NCBI GenBank assembly: GCA_965223335.1
Contig: OZ244991.1
Location: 32,001-96,000 of the forward strand
Length of the DNA stretch: 64,000 bases
Reading direction: 5' to 3'
DNA from: Thermodesulfobacteriota bacterium
Lineage (GTDB): Bacteria > Desulfobacterota_D > UBA1144 > Nemesobacterales > UBA2774
Part shown: positions 39,081 to 49,550 of the stretch, one piece after another
Numbering within the stretch: position 1 is the stretch's first letter
Layout: every line of letters begins with the position of its first letter
Position numbers and translations under genes: made by a program
Notes under the pieces: generated by a model
Databases searched by the model: none
Told to the model about the DNA's origin: nothing
Seen by the model: the letters and a program-made list of their open reading frames with translations, nothing else

Positions 39081-39731
39081 ATGATAAAAGCCGTAATATT
39101 CGACATGGACGGGGTTATGATCGATAGCGAGCCGCTTTGGGAAAAAACCGAGCGCGAGCTCCTGGCCCGAAGAGACATCCAATACACACCCACCTATCGC
39201 GAGAAAATACTAGGACTTAATCAAAACGATTCCGGAAAGTTACTAAAAGACACTTTCAGCCTGCCCGAGTCTGTAGGGGAACTTGTAGATGAAAGGTTAG
39301 ACATTCTGATCGGTATATACGACAAAGAGCTAGAGCTCGTAAAAGGCCTACGACGACTGCTATCGGATTTAGGCGAGAAAAGACTTTCTTTGGCAGTCGC
39401 ATCGAGCTCACCTATGCGTGTTATAGAGTATGTGCTCGATAGATTCAGCCTACACAAATATTTCGAGGCTGTGGTCTCCGGCGAATGTACCGAAAACGGC
39501 AAACCCCATCCCGATATTTATATCCATGCGGCCAAAGAGCTCTGTGTTTTACCCACCGAGTGCGTAGCAATTGAGGATTCAATAAACGGGGTCAGATCCG
39601 CAAAGGCAGCGGGCATGAAGTGCATCGCAATCCCCGACAAAAGAATAGACCCCGGCAAATTCACCGCGGCAGACCATATACTGAACAATTTACTTTCAAT
39701 TAAGCACCACCACATTCATAACCCAATCTAA
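39081..39731 (+). CDS. HAD-IA family phosphatase (sugar-phosphate phosphatase / beta-PGM-like)
   Basis: IFDMDGVMIDSE, VASSS, KPHPDIY, IEDSINGV. Confidence 0.9.
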   Translation: MIKAVIFDMDGVMIDSEPLWEKTERELLARRDIQYTPTYREKILGLNQNDSGKLLKDTFSLPESVGELVDERLDILIGIYDKELELVKGLRRLLSDLGEKRLSLAVASSSPMRVIEYVLDRFSLHKYFEAVVSGECTENGKPHPDIYIHAAKELCVLPTECVAIEDSINGVRSAKAAGMKCIAIPDKRIDPGKFTAADHILNNLLSIKHHHIHNPI

Positions 39732-39765
39732 TCCATCCTTTAAAAATGTACCCTAGCACTGTCTA

Positions 39766-40773
39766 TTAAGCCCCTGCACCGAGCCTGCCGCTTGTGGGCG
39801 GGGCCATGAATTCGGGCCCGATATGTGTAACAATGTGTTTATCGATAATAATGTCGATGGCTGTGAAAGCATCGTTATCTAGAGACCAGCCAAAGACCTC
39901 ACTTAGAGGATCAAGCTGCGACGGCCTTCTGGCTCCCCAAAGCGCTATATGCCCGGGGGCCATATCCAGCACCCACCGCAATGCCAGGTGTATAACCCTC
40001 TTGCCATAGTTTTCCTGCGCAAATTTATCGAGTTCATCTACAGCTTTTATATATTTGCTAAACCTCGGCTCCTTAAACTTCGGGTCCACTTTCCTTATAT
40101 CATCCCCCTCGAACCGAGTCTCTGTAGTCATCCTCCCGCTTAGAAGCCCTCGACATATGGCCCCGTACAAGAGCATCGTTATGTTGTTTTGGTTAGAGTA
40201 TGGGATAATGTCCTCTTCTATACCTCTCTCAAACATGTTATAGGGCGGTTGTGAGCAGTGGAGTTGTGAAACCGCACGGAATCGGTCCATCTGCTCGACA
40301 GTATAGTTACTCACACCGACTGCGCGTATCTTGCCAGAGCTCAAGAGCTCAGACATCACTTCAGCCGGCTCTTCTATCGAGCACTCATAATCCGGCCAGT
40401 GAATCTGATATATATCAATATAGTCCGTTTGAAGCCTTTTAAGAGAATCATCAATCTCAGTTCTGATTCTTTCCTTTGTTGAGTTCCTATACACTTTACC
40501 CGTGGTCCAGTCGAGTCCCGCTTTTGTAGCTATGACTATGTTTTCTCTCCCGCCGTATTCTGCTACTGCCTTCCCTACAATCTCTTCGGAGCGGCCAAAC
40601 CCGTAAATGGCTGCGGTATCGATGAGCGTTATCCCATTGTCGAGGGCCTTATGGATCGTATCGATCGACTCCCTCTCGTCACTCCCTCCCCATAGCCAGC
40701 CCCCAATGGCCCATGCCCCTAGCCCTATCCTAGAGGATTTAACCTCAGTTCCCTTGACAGTTACGTGTTCCAT
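39766..40773 (-). CDS. Aldo/keto reductase (YhdN/AKR11-like)
   Basis: IGLGAWAIGG, DTAAIYGFGRSEE, LQTDYIDIYQIHWPD, GVSNY, QPPYN. Confidence 0.92.
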   Translation of the reverse strand: MEHVTVKGTEVKSSRIGLGAWAIGGWLWGGSDERESIDTIHKALDNGITLIDTAAIYGFGRSEEIVGKAVAEYGGRENIVIATKAGLDWTTGKVYRNSTKERIRTEIDDSLKRLQTDYIDIYQIHWPDYECSIEEPAEVMSELLSSGKIRAVGVSNYTVEQMDRFRAVSQLHCSQPPYNMFERGIEEDIIPYSNQNNITMLLYGAICRGLLSGRMTTETRFEGDDIRKVDPKFKEPRFSKYIKAVDELDKFAQENYGKRVIHLALRWVLDMAPGHIALWGARRPSQLDPLSEVFGWSLDNDAFTAIDIIIDKHIVTHIGPEFMAPPTSGRLGAGA

Positions 40774-40800
40774 ATAGCCTCCCTAGAATTTTGCAGAGAT

Positions 40801-42975
40801 CTAGTTTTTTGCCAGGGCCCTTAAAAGCTCACGAACCTGCTTCACACCCGGCACATTAAACCGTGCCTTAGACGCCCCGAAACCTACTTTTATGCTAAAC
40901 GCCCTCTCCGGCAAGACCTCGAATATGTCCTCGTCAGTCGCATCATCTCCCACAGCCAATATAAAATCCCACTTCCGCTTACCGACCCAGTACTGTGTGG
41001 CCCTGCCCTTGTTCACCCCGGTGTTCTTTACCTCAATCACTTTATTACCCTCTAGCACCCCTACATTTAGGTTAGATGTAATTTGATGGAGTATATCCTT
41101 TAGCTCCCCTACCCTGACAACTGCCAGCGCCGGGTCTACTTTCCTAAAATGCCAGACCAACGAGAAATCTTTTTCCTCTACGAACGAGCCCGGTGTCCTG
41201 TCCACAAAAATTTCCAAAATCGGCCTTATCTCACTCTTCCATTCATCGGTCAACGTCTCGATTGTACGCCACGATTTCTCCTTTATCCACACCCCGTGTT
41301 CCGCAACCAGCCCGCCTGCGTATTCCCCTACCCACTTGTTTAGGGTCTTTCGGTCCCGCCCGCTTATTATTACAATCCTATTTCCGGTGTCTGCTTTTAG
41401 GGCTTTTAGTATTGCCACGAGTTCGTTGTCCGGTTTTACCCTCTCGGGCTTTTCATTAAACGGCATAAGCGTGCCGTCGTAATCGAGCAAGATTAATCGG
41501 TGTTGTGATTTTCTATACCCCTTTACCAGATCTTTTTTTGCCCTTGTAGTAAGTGATCTGGACACAAGCTGTTTATCGACCTCTTTTACCTGCTTTAGCC
41601 TCTCCATAAAGTCATTGGCCCACCTCCCGACATCATAGCGTCCAAGTCGGCTCCTCATGCTCTGGAGCCTTGTGTTTTGCTCCTGGGGCGCCATCTCTAT
41701 GGCTTGTTTAAGTGCGCCTGCTGTACCTATCTCGTCATTTGGATTGATGATTAAGGCCTCACCAAGCTCCTTAGCCGTACCCGCCATCTCACCCAGTATA
41801 AGCACCCCCCTGCCCTTGGACTTAGATGCTATATACTCCTTGGCTATCAGGTTCATTCCATCCCTTATGGGGGTCAAGAAAAGCACATCCGCGACTGAAT
41901 ACAACGCCACAAGGTCATTGAACTCAAACGAACGATACAAATACCTGATCGGCGCCCACTCCAATGTCCCGTACTTCCCGTTTATCTTGCCGACTAGGTT
42001 ATCAATAGTCTGCTTAAGCACCTTATAGCGCTCTACCTCCACGCGCGAGGGCACTGCAACCAGGATCAAGATCACCTTGCCTATGTACTTAGGGTTCTGT
42101 TTCAGAAACAGGTCGTAAGCCCTAAGCCTCTGCGGTATGCCCTTTGTGTAATCGAGCCTGTCTATAGACAGTATCACCTTGTAGTTTTTGTTAAGCCCTT
42201 TACGCAACTCCCCGACCTTCTCCTTGACCTCGGGTTTTTGCGGGGCGGCCGAGAATCTATCGTAATCTATACCCATAGGGAACGTATCGACTTTAACTGC
42301 ACGGTTACCTACAGTTAACTGCCCAAGTGTATGCTCATACCCCAACACCCTCCTAATGCTCTCTAGAAAGTGCCGGGCATAGTCGAACGTATGAAACCCG
42401 ATCAGGTCCGAACCCACTAGACCCTGTAGAATCTCACCGGACCACGGCATCAGCCGAAATATCTCAGACGAGGGAAAGGGGATATGTAGAAAAAAACCGA
42501 TTTTAGCCCCGGGGAGTTTTTTCCTAAGAAGCATCGGGAGCAGCATTAGTTGGTAATCGTGTATCCAGATCACATCATCTTTGCCGGCTACTTGAATTAT
42601 GGCATCGCAAAATGCTTTGTTTACCCTCACGTAAGCATTCCAAAAACTCTCGTCATATATTGCGTACTGCACAAAGTAATGAAAAAGCGGCCAGAGAGTC
42701 TCGTTACAAAACCCGTGATAATATTCCTCGATATCACGCTCCGTAAGAAAAACTGGGTGGTACCCCATAGGGAGTAGTTTTTTGCGTATAGTTTTAGAAT
42801 CCGCCGAGCCCGAAACAGTAATGCCCGGCCACCCGATCCAAAGCTGTTTCGAAGCTATCTCAAGCGAACTTACCCCTGTGGTCAAGCCCCCTACGCTTCG
42901 CTCAAAGCTGAATTTGCCTTTATTTTTTGCGACAGTTACAGGTAGTCTATTCGATACTATCAGTAGCTTTTTCAT
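40801..42975 (-). CDS. Fused trehalose-6-phosphate synthase/phosphatase (OtsA-OtsB)
   Basis: IVSNRLP, WIHDYQL, FLHIPFP, DRLDYTKG, RDGMNL (GT20), then LLDYDGTL and GDDATDED (HAD). Start ATG 42975. Confidence 0.95.
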   Translation of the reverse strand: MKKLLIVSNRLPVTVAKNKGKFSFERSVGGLTTGVSSLEIASKQLWIGWPGITVSGSADSKTIRKKLLPMGYHPVFLTERDIEEYYHGFCNETLWPLFHYFVQYAIYDESFWNAYVRVNKAFCDAIIQVAGKDDVIWIHDYQLMLLPMLLRKKLPGAKIGFFLHIPFPSSEIFRLMPWSGEILQGLVGSDLIGFHTFDYARHFLESIRRVLGYEHTLGQLTVGNRAVKVDTFPMGIDYDRFSAAPQKPEVKEKVGELRKGLNKNYKVILSIDRLDYTKGIPQRLRAYDLFLKQNPKYIGKVILILVAVPSRVEVERYKVLKQTIDNLVGKINGKYGTLEWAPIRYLYRSFEFNDLVALYSVADVLFLTPIRDGMNLIAKEYIASKSKGRGVLILGEMAGTAKELGEALIINPNDEIGTAGALKQAIEMAPQEQNTRLQSMRSRLGRYDVGRWANDFMERLKQVKEVDKQLVSRSLTTRAKKDLVKGYRKSQHRLILLDYDGTLMPFNEKPERVKPDNELVAILKALKADTGNRIVIISGRDRKTLNKWVGEYAGGLVAEHGVWIKEKSWRTIETLTDEWKSEIRPILEIFVDRTPGSFVEEKDFSLVWHFRKVDPALAVVRVGELKDILHQITSNLNVGVLEGNKVIEVKNTGVNKGRATQYWVGKRKWDFILAVGDDATDEDIFEVLPERAFSIKVGFGASKARFNVPGVKQVRELLRALAKN

Positions 42976-43044
42976 CGGTATATATTCTATACAATATATC
43001 CAGTGTATCGAAATATTGCAGAGCCCCTTTATCCCCAACCGATA

Positions 43045-43072
43045 TTGACATACGATTTAGAAACCATATTAT
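43045..43072 (+). promoter_or_regulatory. Sigma70-type promoter of the upstream-ORF/cus operon
   Basis: TTGACA-16 nt-TATTAT. Confidence 0.55.
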
Positions 43073-43088
43073 TAGTTACAGGTGAGTT

Positions 43089-43487
43089 ATGAGAGCCATT
43101 TACTATCTATTGACAATAAGTGTGTTTATATGCTACTCGGGCATAACCGGTGTCACGTTTGCACCCGACGAGGTTAAAAGCAAAGCCTCCGGGGGTTGTC
43201 ATTCTGGTATGCAGGTGGTCATTTCCGGCTCTGATACTGATGGCAACAACGACAAACTTGTCGGTAATCCTACTTTCCAGCACAGTACCGACAGTTGTTG
43301 TTTAAGCCTTATTGTTAATAAGCAAAGTGATCAGGACTTAACGAATAAGAGCCCGGTTAGCTCAATAAATTTTGATGCATTTAGTTCGATCCATTTTTTA
43401 AATAGATCACATACGATAGATCATCTATTGTTAAACGATCACGACCCGCCTGATTTAATCGTTTTAAAATCTTCTTTTCTTATCTGA
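43089..43487 (+). CDS. Small exported Cys/His protein upstream of the cus operon, candidate regulatory ORF
   Basis: N-terminal hydrophobic segment, GCH and SCC motifs, C-terminal HDPPDLIVLKSSFLI. Confidence 0.7.
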   Translation: MRAIYYLLTISVFICYSGITGVTFAPDEVKSKASGGCHSGMQVVISGSDTDGNNDKLVGNPTFQHSTDSCCLSLIVNKQSDQDLTNKSPVSSINFDAFSSIHFLNRSHTIDHLLLNDHDPPDLIVLKSSFLI

Positions 43488-43556
43488 TTTATCTTCACAC
43501 ATACAATTTTTTTTGATTATGTAAACCCGGGACCGTTGCGTCCTAAAACTACATAA

Positions 43557-43594
43557 TTGCAATTGCTGGGCTTTAGCAATGGCAAGAATTTTTT
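43557..43594 (+). terminator. Possible intrinsic terminator/attenuator before the TolC gene
   Basis: TTGCAATTGCTGG-GCT-TTAGCAATGGCAA imperfect stem followed by GAATTTTTT. Confidence 0.4.
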
Positions 43595-43614
43595 AACGAG
43601 ATTAAAGGGAGATA

Positions 43615-44922
43615 ATGATGAAAGTACTATTAACAATTGCAGCATTAATGCTCTGTTATGCACCCGAGGTGTTAGCAGGGGATATTGAGACCTTGGACTC
43701 CATGATCATTGAGGCCATGGGAAATAACCCCGAGATCAGGTTAGCCAACCTAAACACTCAATCGGCAGAAAAGTTTGCTATCCAAGAGGGTGCATTGCCA
43801 AACCCAATTGTGGGTGGGCGAATTAAAAACGTGGGTTTCTCGGAAATTACCATCGGTGATGACCCCAGATCGGACTGGCAACTATTTCTACGACAGGAAA
43901 TCCCGTTCCCCGGCAAGCTGAGGTTAAAGCAGGATGCAGCCCAAGAGATGGCCGAGACAAAAAGATGGAACGAAGAAGTCGTAAAACAGGAACTCATCTC
44001 TAACCTAAGACAAACATACTATGATTGGTACTTTGTGAGCAAAGCCATAGAGATCACAGAGCGAAATAAAAAGCTGCTCGAGAATTTCCTCGACGTCACT
44101 GTATCTAGGTATGAGGTCGGTATGGGTATCCAGCAAGACGTAATTAAAGCCCAGGTCGAGATATCGGGATTTATAGAAAAACTGCTTTTGCTCAACAACA
44201 AAAAAAATGTCACGGAGAGCAGATTAAGAGACCTCCTTCACCGCGGACCCGACACCCGGTTCGGGAGCCCAGAAGACATTGGCATAGCCGACTTAAACCT
44301 CACGGCAGCAAACCTCACCGATCAGGCCCGTGATTCGTCCCCTACTCTGAAATCAATTTCCAAGAAGATTGAGAGTAAACAGAGATCACTCGACCTCGCC
44401 AAAAAACAGTACTATCCCGACATTCTCTTAGAGGGCACATATTTCAACCGCGACGGTGGAAGCAATGACTTAGACGACATTTGGCAGATCGGGGTCGGAC
44501 TCAGAGTGCCTGCATACTTCTGGAAACGAGAACGCCCAGGGGTAGAGCGCGCATCAATTGAGCTTAGTGGTGCAAAAAACGATTTTGCCGATGTTGAGAG
44601 TAATGTTATTTACCAAGTTGAAAACAACTACCTTAACGCCGACACAGCTCTACAGGTGATCAAGCTTTACAAGAGCGCCATCATACCCCAGTCGCGCCTA
44701 TCGCTCGAGTCCTCTATCTCTGCATACCAAGTGGGCGATATAGACTTCTTAACACTGCTAGACAGCCTAATAACCCTCTTTAATCTCGAGATTGAGTATG
44801 AAAAACAGCTAACGGAATACAACAAATCCATAGCACGGATCGAGGCTATAACCGGTGTAGCAATCACCGATAGCCCCCAGGCAATGGACAGTAGTAACAA
44901 CGAGGAGAATAATAATGAGTAA
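43615..44922 (+). CDS. TolC-family outer membrane efflux protein (CusC role)
   Basis: Signal peptide, NNPEI, QEIPFPGKL, RYEVG, AYQVGDIDFLTLLD; first gene of an RND operon. Confidence 0.9.
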   Translation: MMKVLLTIAALMLCYAPEVLAGDIETLDSMIIEAMGNNPEIRLANLNTQSAEKFAIQEGALPNPIVGGRIKNVGFSEITIGDDPRSDWQLFLRQEIPFPGKLRLKQDAAQEMAETKRWNEEVVKQELISNLRQTYYDWYFVSKAIEITERNKKLLENFLDVTVSRYEVGMGIQQDVIKAQVEISGFIEKLLLLNNKKNVTESRLRDLLHRGPDTRFGSPEDIGIADLNLTAANLTDQARDSSPTLKSISKKIESKQRSLDLAKKQYYPDILLEGTYFNRDGGSNDLDDIWQIGVGLRVPAYFWKRERPGVERASIELSGAKNDFADVESNVIYQVENNYLNADTALQVIKLYKSAIIPQSRLSLESSISAYQVGDIDFLTLLDSLITLFNLEIEYEKQLTEYNKSIARIEAITGVAITDSPQAMDSSNNEENNNE

Positions 44923-46336
44923 CAGATACAAAATACTGATCTCGGTAGTGGCATTGGCCCTACTCTCAATCCTATTGCTTAATATGCTGGGATATAAAAT
45001 ACCTCTTATTAATGGGAAGGAAAAAGCTTCGGATCACTCCGGCCACCTCCCCAAACCTATCTTTGATGCCGAGGGAGAGATTGAGTACTGGACCTGTGCC
45101 ATGCACCCCTCGGTCAGGCTACCCGATAAAGACAACTGTCCCATTTGCGGGATGGACACGGTCCCGGTTATGAAAAAGAGCAGCAATGACTCCAAAGCGG
45201 CCCAAACAAAAAATCAGCATGATCACTCCACTATGCAGCCCCAAAAAACCAACGGCTCCGATTCCGTGTTTAATGTAAGCCCCGAACGCCAGCAGCTAAT
45301 AGGTGTTAAAACCTCACCCGTAGAGATGCGCAACCTAGAAAAGATAATTAGGACGACCGGTAAAGTAGAGCTGGACGAAACGCGAATAGAGCACGTTCAC
45401 ACAAAGATAAGCGGGTGGATAGACAATGTTTTTGTTGACTACAAGTGGCAGTATGTAAACAAGGGTGAGCCGCTTTTCTCCATATACAGCCCAGAGCTCC
45501 TGTCCACACAAGAGGAATACCTACTGGCACTAAGATCCAAAGACATTCTTAGCCAAAGCGAATTCCCCGAGGTCTCGAGCGGTGCAAACTCCATGCTCGA
45601 AGCCGCCAAGAGACGACTTAGGCTCTGGGATATTTCCAACAGCCAAATACGCGAGCTCGAGCGCACGGGCAAAGTGAAAAAAAGCCTTGTAATTCACTCG
45701 CCGATCTCAGGGAACATAGTCGAGCGCAACGCCTTCCCCAATATGTACGTTGAGCCCAACACAAGTATCTATACCATTGCCGACCACTCCTCGGTCTGGG
45801 TAAACGTAGATATATACGAGAACGAGATCCACCTTATCAACAAAGGGGATAAGGCTAAGATGACGCTCGATGCACTGCCGGGCGAGACACTCACAGGGAC
45901 CGTTGAGTTCATATGGCCCCACCTAGACCCGGTCTCTAGAACAATTAAGGTGCGTCTAGAGTTCCCTAATCCCGACACCAAACTCCTGCCCGAGATGTAC
46001 ACAAACATTGAGATCGATATCCCTCTTGGCACCCAACTCTCAGTACCCAAAAGCTCGGTGCTAAGGACCGGTGCCAAGGACATAGTGTTTGTAGACAAGG
46101 GCAACGGTAACATCGAGATAAGGAAAATCATGATCGGCAGAGCCGCAGGTGGATACTATGAGGTAACAGGCGGGTTAAGCGAGGGAGAGCGTGTCATATC
46201 CAGGGCCAATTTCTTAATCGACTCCGAGAGCAAGGTACAGGCCGCAGTCGCTGCATGGAAAGAAGAATCCAACGAAGAAATGCAGATGGAGCAGGACACA
46301 GCCGACAAGTTACCCGATCACAGTCATATACACTAA
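44915..46336 (+). CDS. cusB: CusB-like RND periplasmic adaptor with heavy-metal-binding domain
   Basis: WTCAMHP...CPICGMD, IYSPELLSTQEEYL, LLPEMY, NFLIDSES; His-rich linkers. Confidence 0.9.
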   Translation: MSNRYKILISVVALALLSILLLNMLGYKIPLINGKEKASDHSGHLPKPIFDAEGEIEYWTCAMHPSVRLPDKDNCPICGMDTVPVMKKSSNDSKAAQTKNQHDHSTMQPQKTNGSDSVFNVSPERQQLIGVKTSPVEMRNLEKIIRTTGKVELDETRIEHVHTKISGWIDNVFVDYKWQYVNKGEPLFSIYSPELLSTQEEYLLALRSKDILSQSEFPEVSSGANSMLEAAKRRLRLWDISNSQIRELERTGKVKKSLVIHSPISGNIVERNAFPNMYVEPNTSIYTIADHSSVWVNVDIYENEIHLINKGDKAKMTLDALPGETLTGTVEFIWPHLDPVSRTIKVRLEFPNPDTKLLPEMYTNIEIDIPLGTQLSVPKSSVLRTGAKDIVFVDKGNGNIEIRKIMIGRAAGGYYEVTGGLSEGERVISRANFLIDSESKVQAAVAAWKEESNEEMQMEQDTADKLPDHSHIH

Positions 46337-46381
46337 TTAGCCTCAGACAACCATTATTAATGGGGACTAAAGGAGAGTTTG

Positions 46382-49300
46382 ATGTTAAATAACATAATTG
46401 AGTTTTCCTCAAAAAATAAATTCCTAATAATTTTCCTCGTATGCTTTCTATCCGCATGGGGATTTTGGTCAATGAAACGCACCTCGCTCGATGCAATCCC
46501 AGATTTGTCCGACATCCAGGTCATAGTGCTTACGGAATGGGAGGGCAGGAGCCCGGACCTGGTAGAGGACCAGGTCACATACCCTATAGTCACCTCGATG
46601 ATTGCCGCACCCAACGTCAAGTCGGTAAGGGGTCAGTCTTTTTTCGGACTCTCCTTTGTGTATGTGATATTCGAGGACGGCACAGATATCTACTGGGCGC
46701 GTAGCAGGGTGCTTGAGTACCTAAACGAGGTTACATCCAAGCTGCCACCGGATGTGGTACCCACGCTTGGACCCGACGCCACCGGTGTGGGTTGGGTTTA
46801 CCAGTACGCACTAGTGGACAAAACGGGGAACCTCGACCTGGCTGAGCTCAGGTCATTCCAGGATTGGTACCTGAAATATTGGTTAGAATCAGTGCCTGGA
46901 GTCGCCGAGGTAGCAAGTGTAGGTGGTTTTGAAAAACAGTACCAGATTACTGTGGATCCCAACAGGTTACAGGCCTTTGGACTCTCCGTAGACGATGTGA
47001 TCAGTGCTGTAAGGAGAAGCAACAACGACGTCGGGGGCAGGGTAATAGAGTTTGCGGCCACGGAGTACTTCGTGCGCGGACGGGGCTATATCAAGTCAAT
47101 CGCAGATATCGAGGTTATACCTGTTGGCAAGAGCAGTAGCGGCACCCCTATATATATTAGGGATCTGGCAGATGTGGAGCTTGGGCCTGACCTACGGCGG
47201 GGACTCGCTGAGCTGGATGGTGAGGGCGAGACAGTCGGGGGGATAGTTGTAATGAGATACGGCGAGAATGCACTCGATGTCATCCAGAGGGTAAAGCAGA
47301 AGATCGAGGATATTAAACCATCACTTCCTCAAGGTGTGGAGATTGTTACGACCTATGACCGCTCGGGCCTCATTCTAAACGCTATAGACACACTCAAACA
47401 AAAACTCCTGGAAGAGATCTTGATAGTGTGTGCTGTGATAATGATTTTTCTATATAGTTTTAGGAGTGCTGTGCCCCCGATACTCACCATCCCTCTGGCA
47501 ATCCTCTTTGCGTTCATACCCATTTACTATCTCAATATGACTTCCAATATCATGTCCCTTGGCGGTATAGCTATCGCAATAGGTGCGATGGTAGATGCAT
47601 CCATTGTGCTTGTCGAGAACGTCCATAAAAAGCTTGAGTCGATAAACACAAGAACACGCAAACCAGCTCTCATGCTGGAGGCCATGCAAGAGGTGGGTAA
47701 ACCCATATTCTTTGCACTTTTAATAATTGCAGTCTCGCTTATTCCCGTATTTACACTCGAGGGCCAAGAGGGACGACTATTCAAACCCCTGGCCTTCACC
47801 ACCATGTTTTCACTCACAGCCGCAGCACTACTCGCAATTACTGTCACTCCTGCCTTAATAGTCCTGCTCATTAGGGGCAATGTACGGCCAGAGGACTCAA
47901 ACCCCATAAGCCGTTTTCTCATATCTGTCTATCACCCCATAGTTGAACTCGCGCTTAAGTATAAAAAAATCGTTCTCATTGCCGCCGGGGTCTGTATGCT
48001 CATCACATTCATTCCTCTAAACCGGCTGGGCTCTGAATTTATGCCGCCGCTTAACGAAGAGACTATCCTATATATGCCCACAGCCGTACCCGGCATGTCT
48101 GTTACAGAGGCCGCCCGCATCTTGCACCTACAAGACAAAATGATCATGAAGTTCCCCGAGGTCGAGCGTGTGTTTGGAAAAATAGGCCGTTCGGAATCCG
48201 CCACCGACCCCGCCCCACTGAGCATGGTAGAAACCGTCATCACTCTCAAGCCCAAATCCCAGTGGCGCGCAGGGATGACCTGGGACAAACTGATCGAAGA
48301 GATGAACGAGAGTCTCAAATTCCCCGGGATGTCCAACATATTTTGGATGCCCATCCAGACCCGCACAGAGATGCTCTCGACCGGGTTTAGGAGCAACCTG
48401 GGCATAAAGGTGTTTGGTCCCAATCTAGACAAGATAGAGGAGATAGGGCTTCGGATAGAGAAACTGCTATCCGAGCTACCCGGTACCAGGACTGTGTTTG
48501 CAGAGAGAGTAACTGGCGGGTACTTCCTTGACTTCGATATCAAAAGACAGAGCGCAGCAAAGTACGGCCTCACAGTGGGGGACGTAGAAGACGTAATAGA
48601 AACGGCGATCGGGGGTAAAAATATATCCTCAACATTCGAGGGCCAAGAGCGCTATCCCATAAACGTTAGGTATAAGCGTGATCTCAGAACCGACCTCGAG
48701 AGTCTACGCAGGGTGCTTGTAAGCACAAAAGACGGTGCGCAAATCCCGATCTCTTTGGTCTCGGATATCAATTTCTCCACAGGTCCCCCGCAGATCAGGA
48801 ACGAAAACGGCCAAAAAGTAGGCTATGTGTTTGTGGATGTTAAAGACAAAGACTACGAGGGCTATGTAGATGAAGCCAGAGAGCTCATAGCAAATAATCT
48901 CGAGCTTGAACCGGGCTATTTTTTGGAATGGGGCGGGCAGTACCAGTATCTTCAGCGAGTTAAAGAAAAATTAAAATTAGTCATACCTATTACGCTTGGG
49001 ATAATATTCTTGCTCCTGTTCCTAAACTTCAGGTCAGTGACCGAGAGTATTATAGTACTCCTTTCTGTCCCCTTTGCCATGGTCGGCAGTATTTGGTTCA
49101 TATATATCCTGGGCTATAACATGAGCGTTGCGGTGTGGGTGGGAATGATAGCGCTTGCCGGCCTTGCGGCCCAGACAGGGGTCATAATGATCATATACCT
49201 GGATGAAGCGTATAAAAAGAGATTTAAGGCAAATGAGATAAGGTCGGAAAGCGACGTATACGAGTCGGTGATCGAGGGCGCGGTAAAAAGGGTCCGCCCC

Positions 49301-49495
49301 AAGATGATGACTGTTATGTCCACTATACTCGGGCTCTTGCCCCTTATGTGGAGCAGCGGTACGGGGGCCGACATGATGAAGCGGGTAGCAGCACCAATGG
49401 TCGGGGGCCTGGTTACATCTACGATCTTAACGCTCATTATAATCCCGGTGATCTACATGATATGGAAAACTAGATATCTGGGGGAGAATACGTAA
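46382..49495 (+). CDS. cusA: CusA/SilA Cu+/Ag+ RND efflux pump
   Basis: LDAIPDLSDIQV, LGPDATGVGW, AIGAMVDA, Met motifs LYMP/LSMVET/WMPI, RVRPKMMT. Confidence 0.95.
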   Translation: MLNNIIEFSSKNKFLIIFLVCFLSAWGFWSMKRTSLDAIPDLSDIQVIVLTEWEGRSPDLVEDQVTYPIVTSMIAAPNVKSVRGQSFFGLSFVYVIFEDGTDIYWARSRVLEYLNEVTSKLPPDVVPTLGPDATGVGWVYQYALVDKTGNLDLAELRSFQDWYLKYWLESVPGVAEVASVGGFEKQYQITVDPNRLQAFGLSVDDVISAVRRSNNDVGGRVIEFAATEYFVRGRGYIKSIADIEVIPVGKSSSGTPIYIRDLADVELGPDLRRGLAELDGEGETVGGIVVMRYGENALDVIQRVKQKIEDIKPSLPQGVEIVTTYDRSGLILNAIDTLKQKLLEEILIVCAVIMIFLYSFRSAVPPILTIPLAILFAFIPIYYLNMTSNIMSLGGIAIAIGAMVDASIVLVENVHKKLESINTRTRKPALMLEAMQEVGKPIFFALLIIAVSLIPVFTLEGQEGRLFKPLAFTTMFSLTAAALLAITVTPALIVLLIRGNVRPEDSNPISRFLISVYHPIVELALKYKKIVLIAAGVCMLITFIPLNRLGSEFMPPLNEETILYMPTAVPGMSVTEAARILHLQDKMIMKFPEVERVFGKIGRSESATDPAPLSMVETVITLKPKSQWRAGMTWDKLIEEMNESLKFPGMSNIFWMPIQTRTEMLSTGFRSNLGIKVFGPNLDKIEEIGLRIEKLLSELPGTRTVFAERVTGGYFLDFDIKRQSAAKYGLTVGDVEDVIETAIGGKNISSTFEGQERYPINVRYKRDLRTDLESLRRVLVSTKDGAQIPISLVSDINFSTGPPQIRNENGQKVGYVFVDVKDKDYEGYVDEARELIANNLELEPGYFLEWGGQYQYLQRVKEKLKLVIPITLGIIFLLLFLNFRSVTESIIVLLSVPFAMVGSIWFIYILGYNMSVAVWVGMIALAGLAAQTGVIMIIYLDEAYKKRFKANEIRSESDVYESVIEGAVKRVRPKMMTVMSTILGLLPLMWSSGTGADMMKRVAAPMVGGLVTSTILTLIIIPVIYMIWKTRYLGENT

Positions 49496-49550
49496 TAATT
49501 GTTTTTAACGGGCATGGTTCAGGGTATAAAAAAGATAAGAGGAGAGCAAC

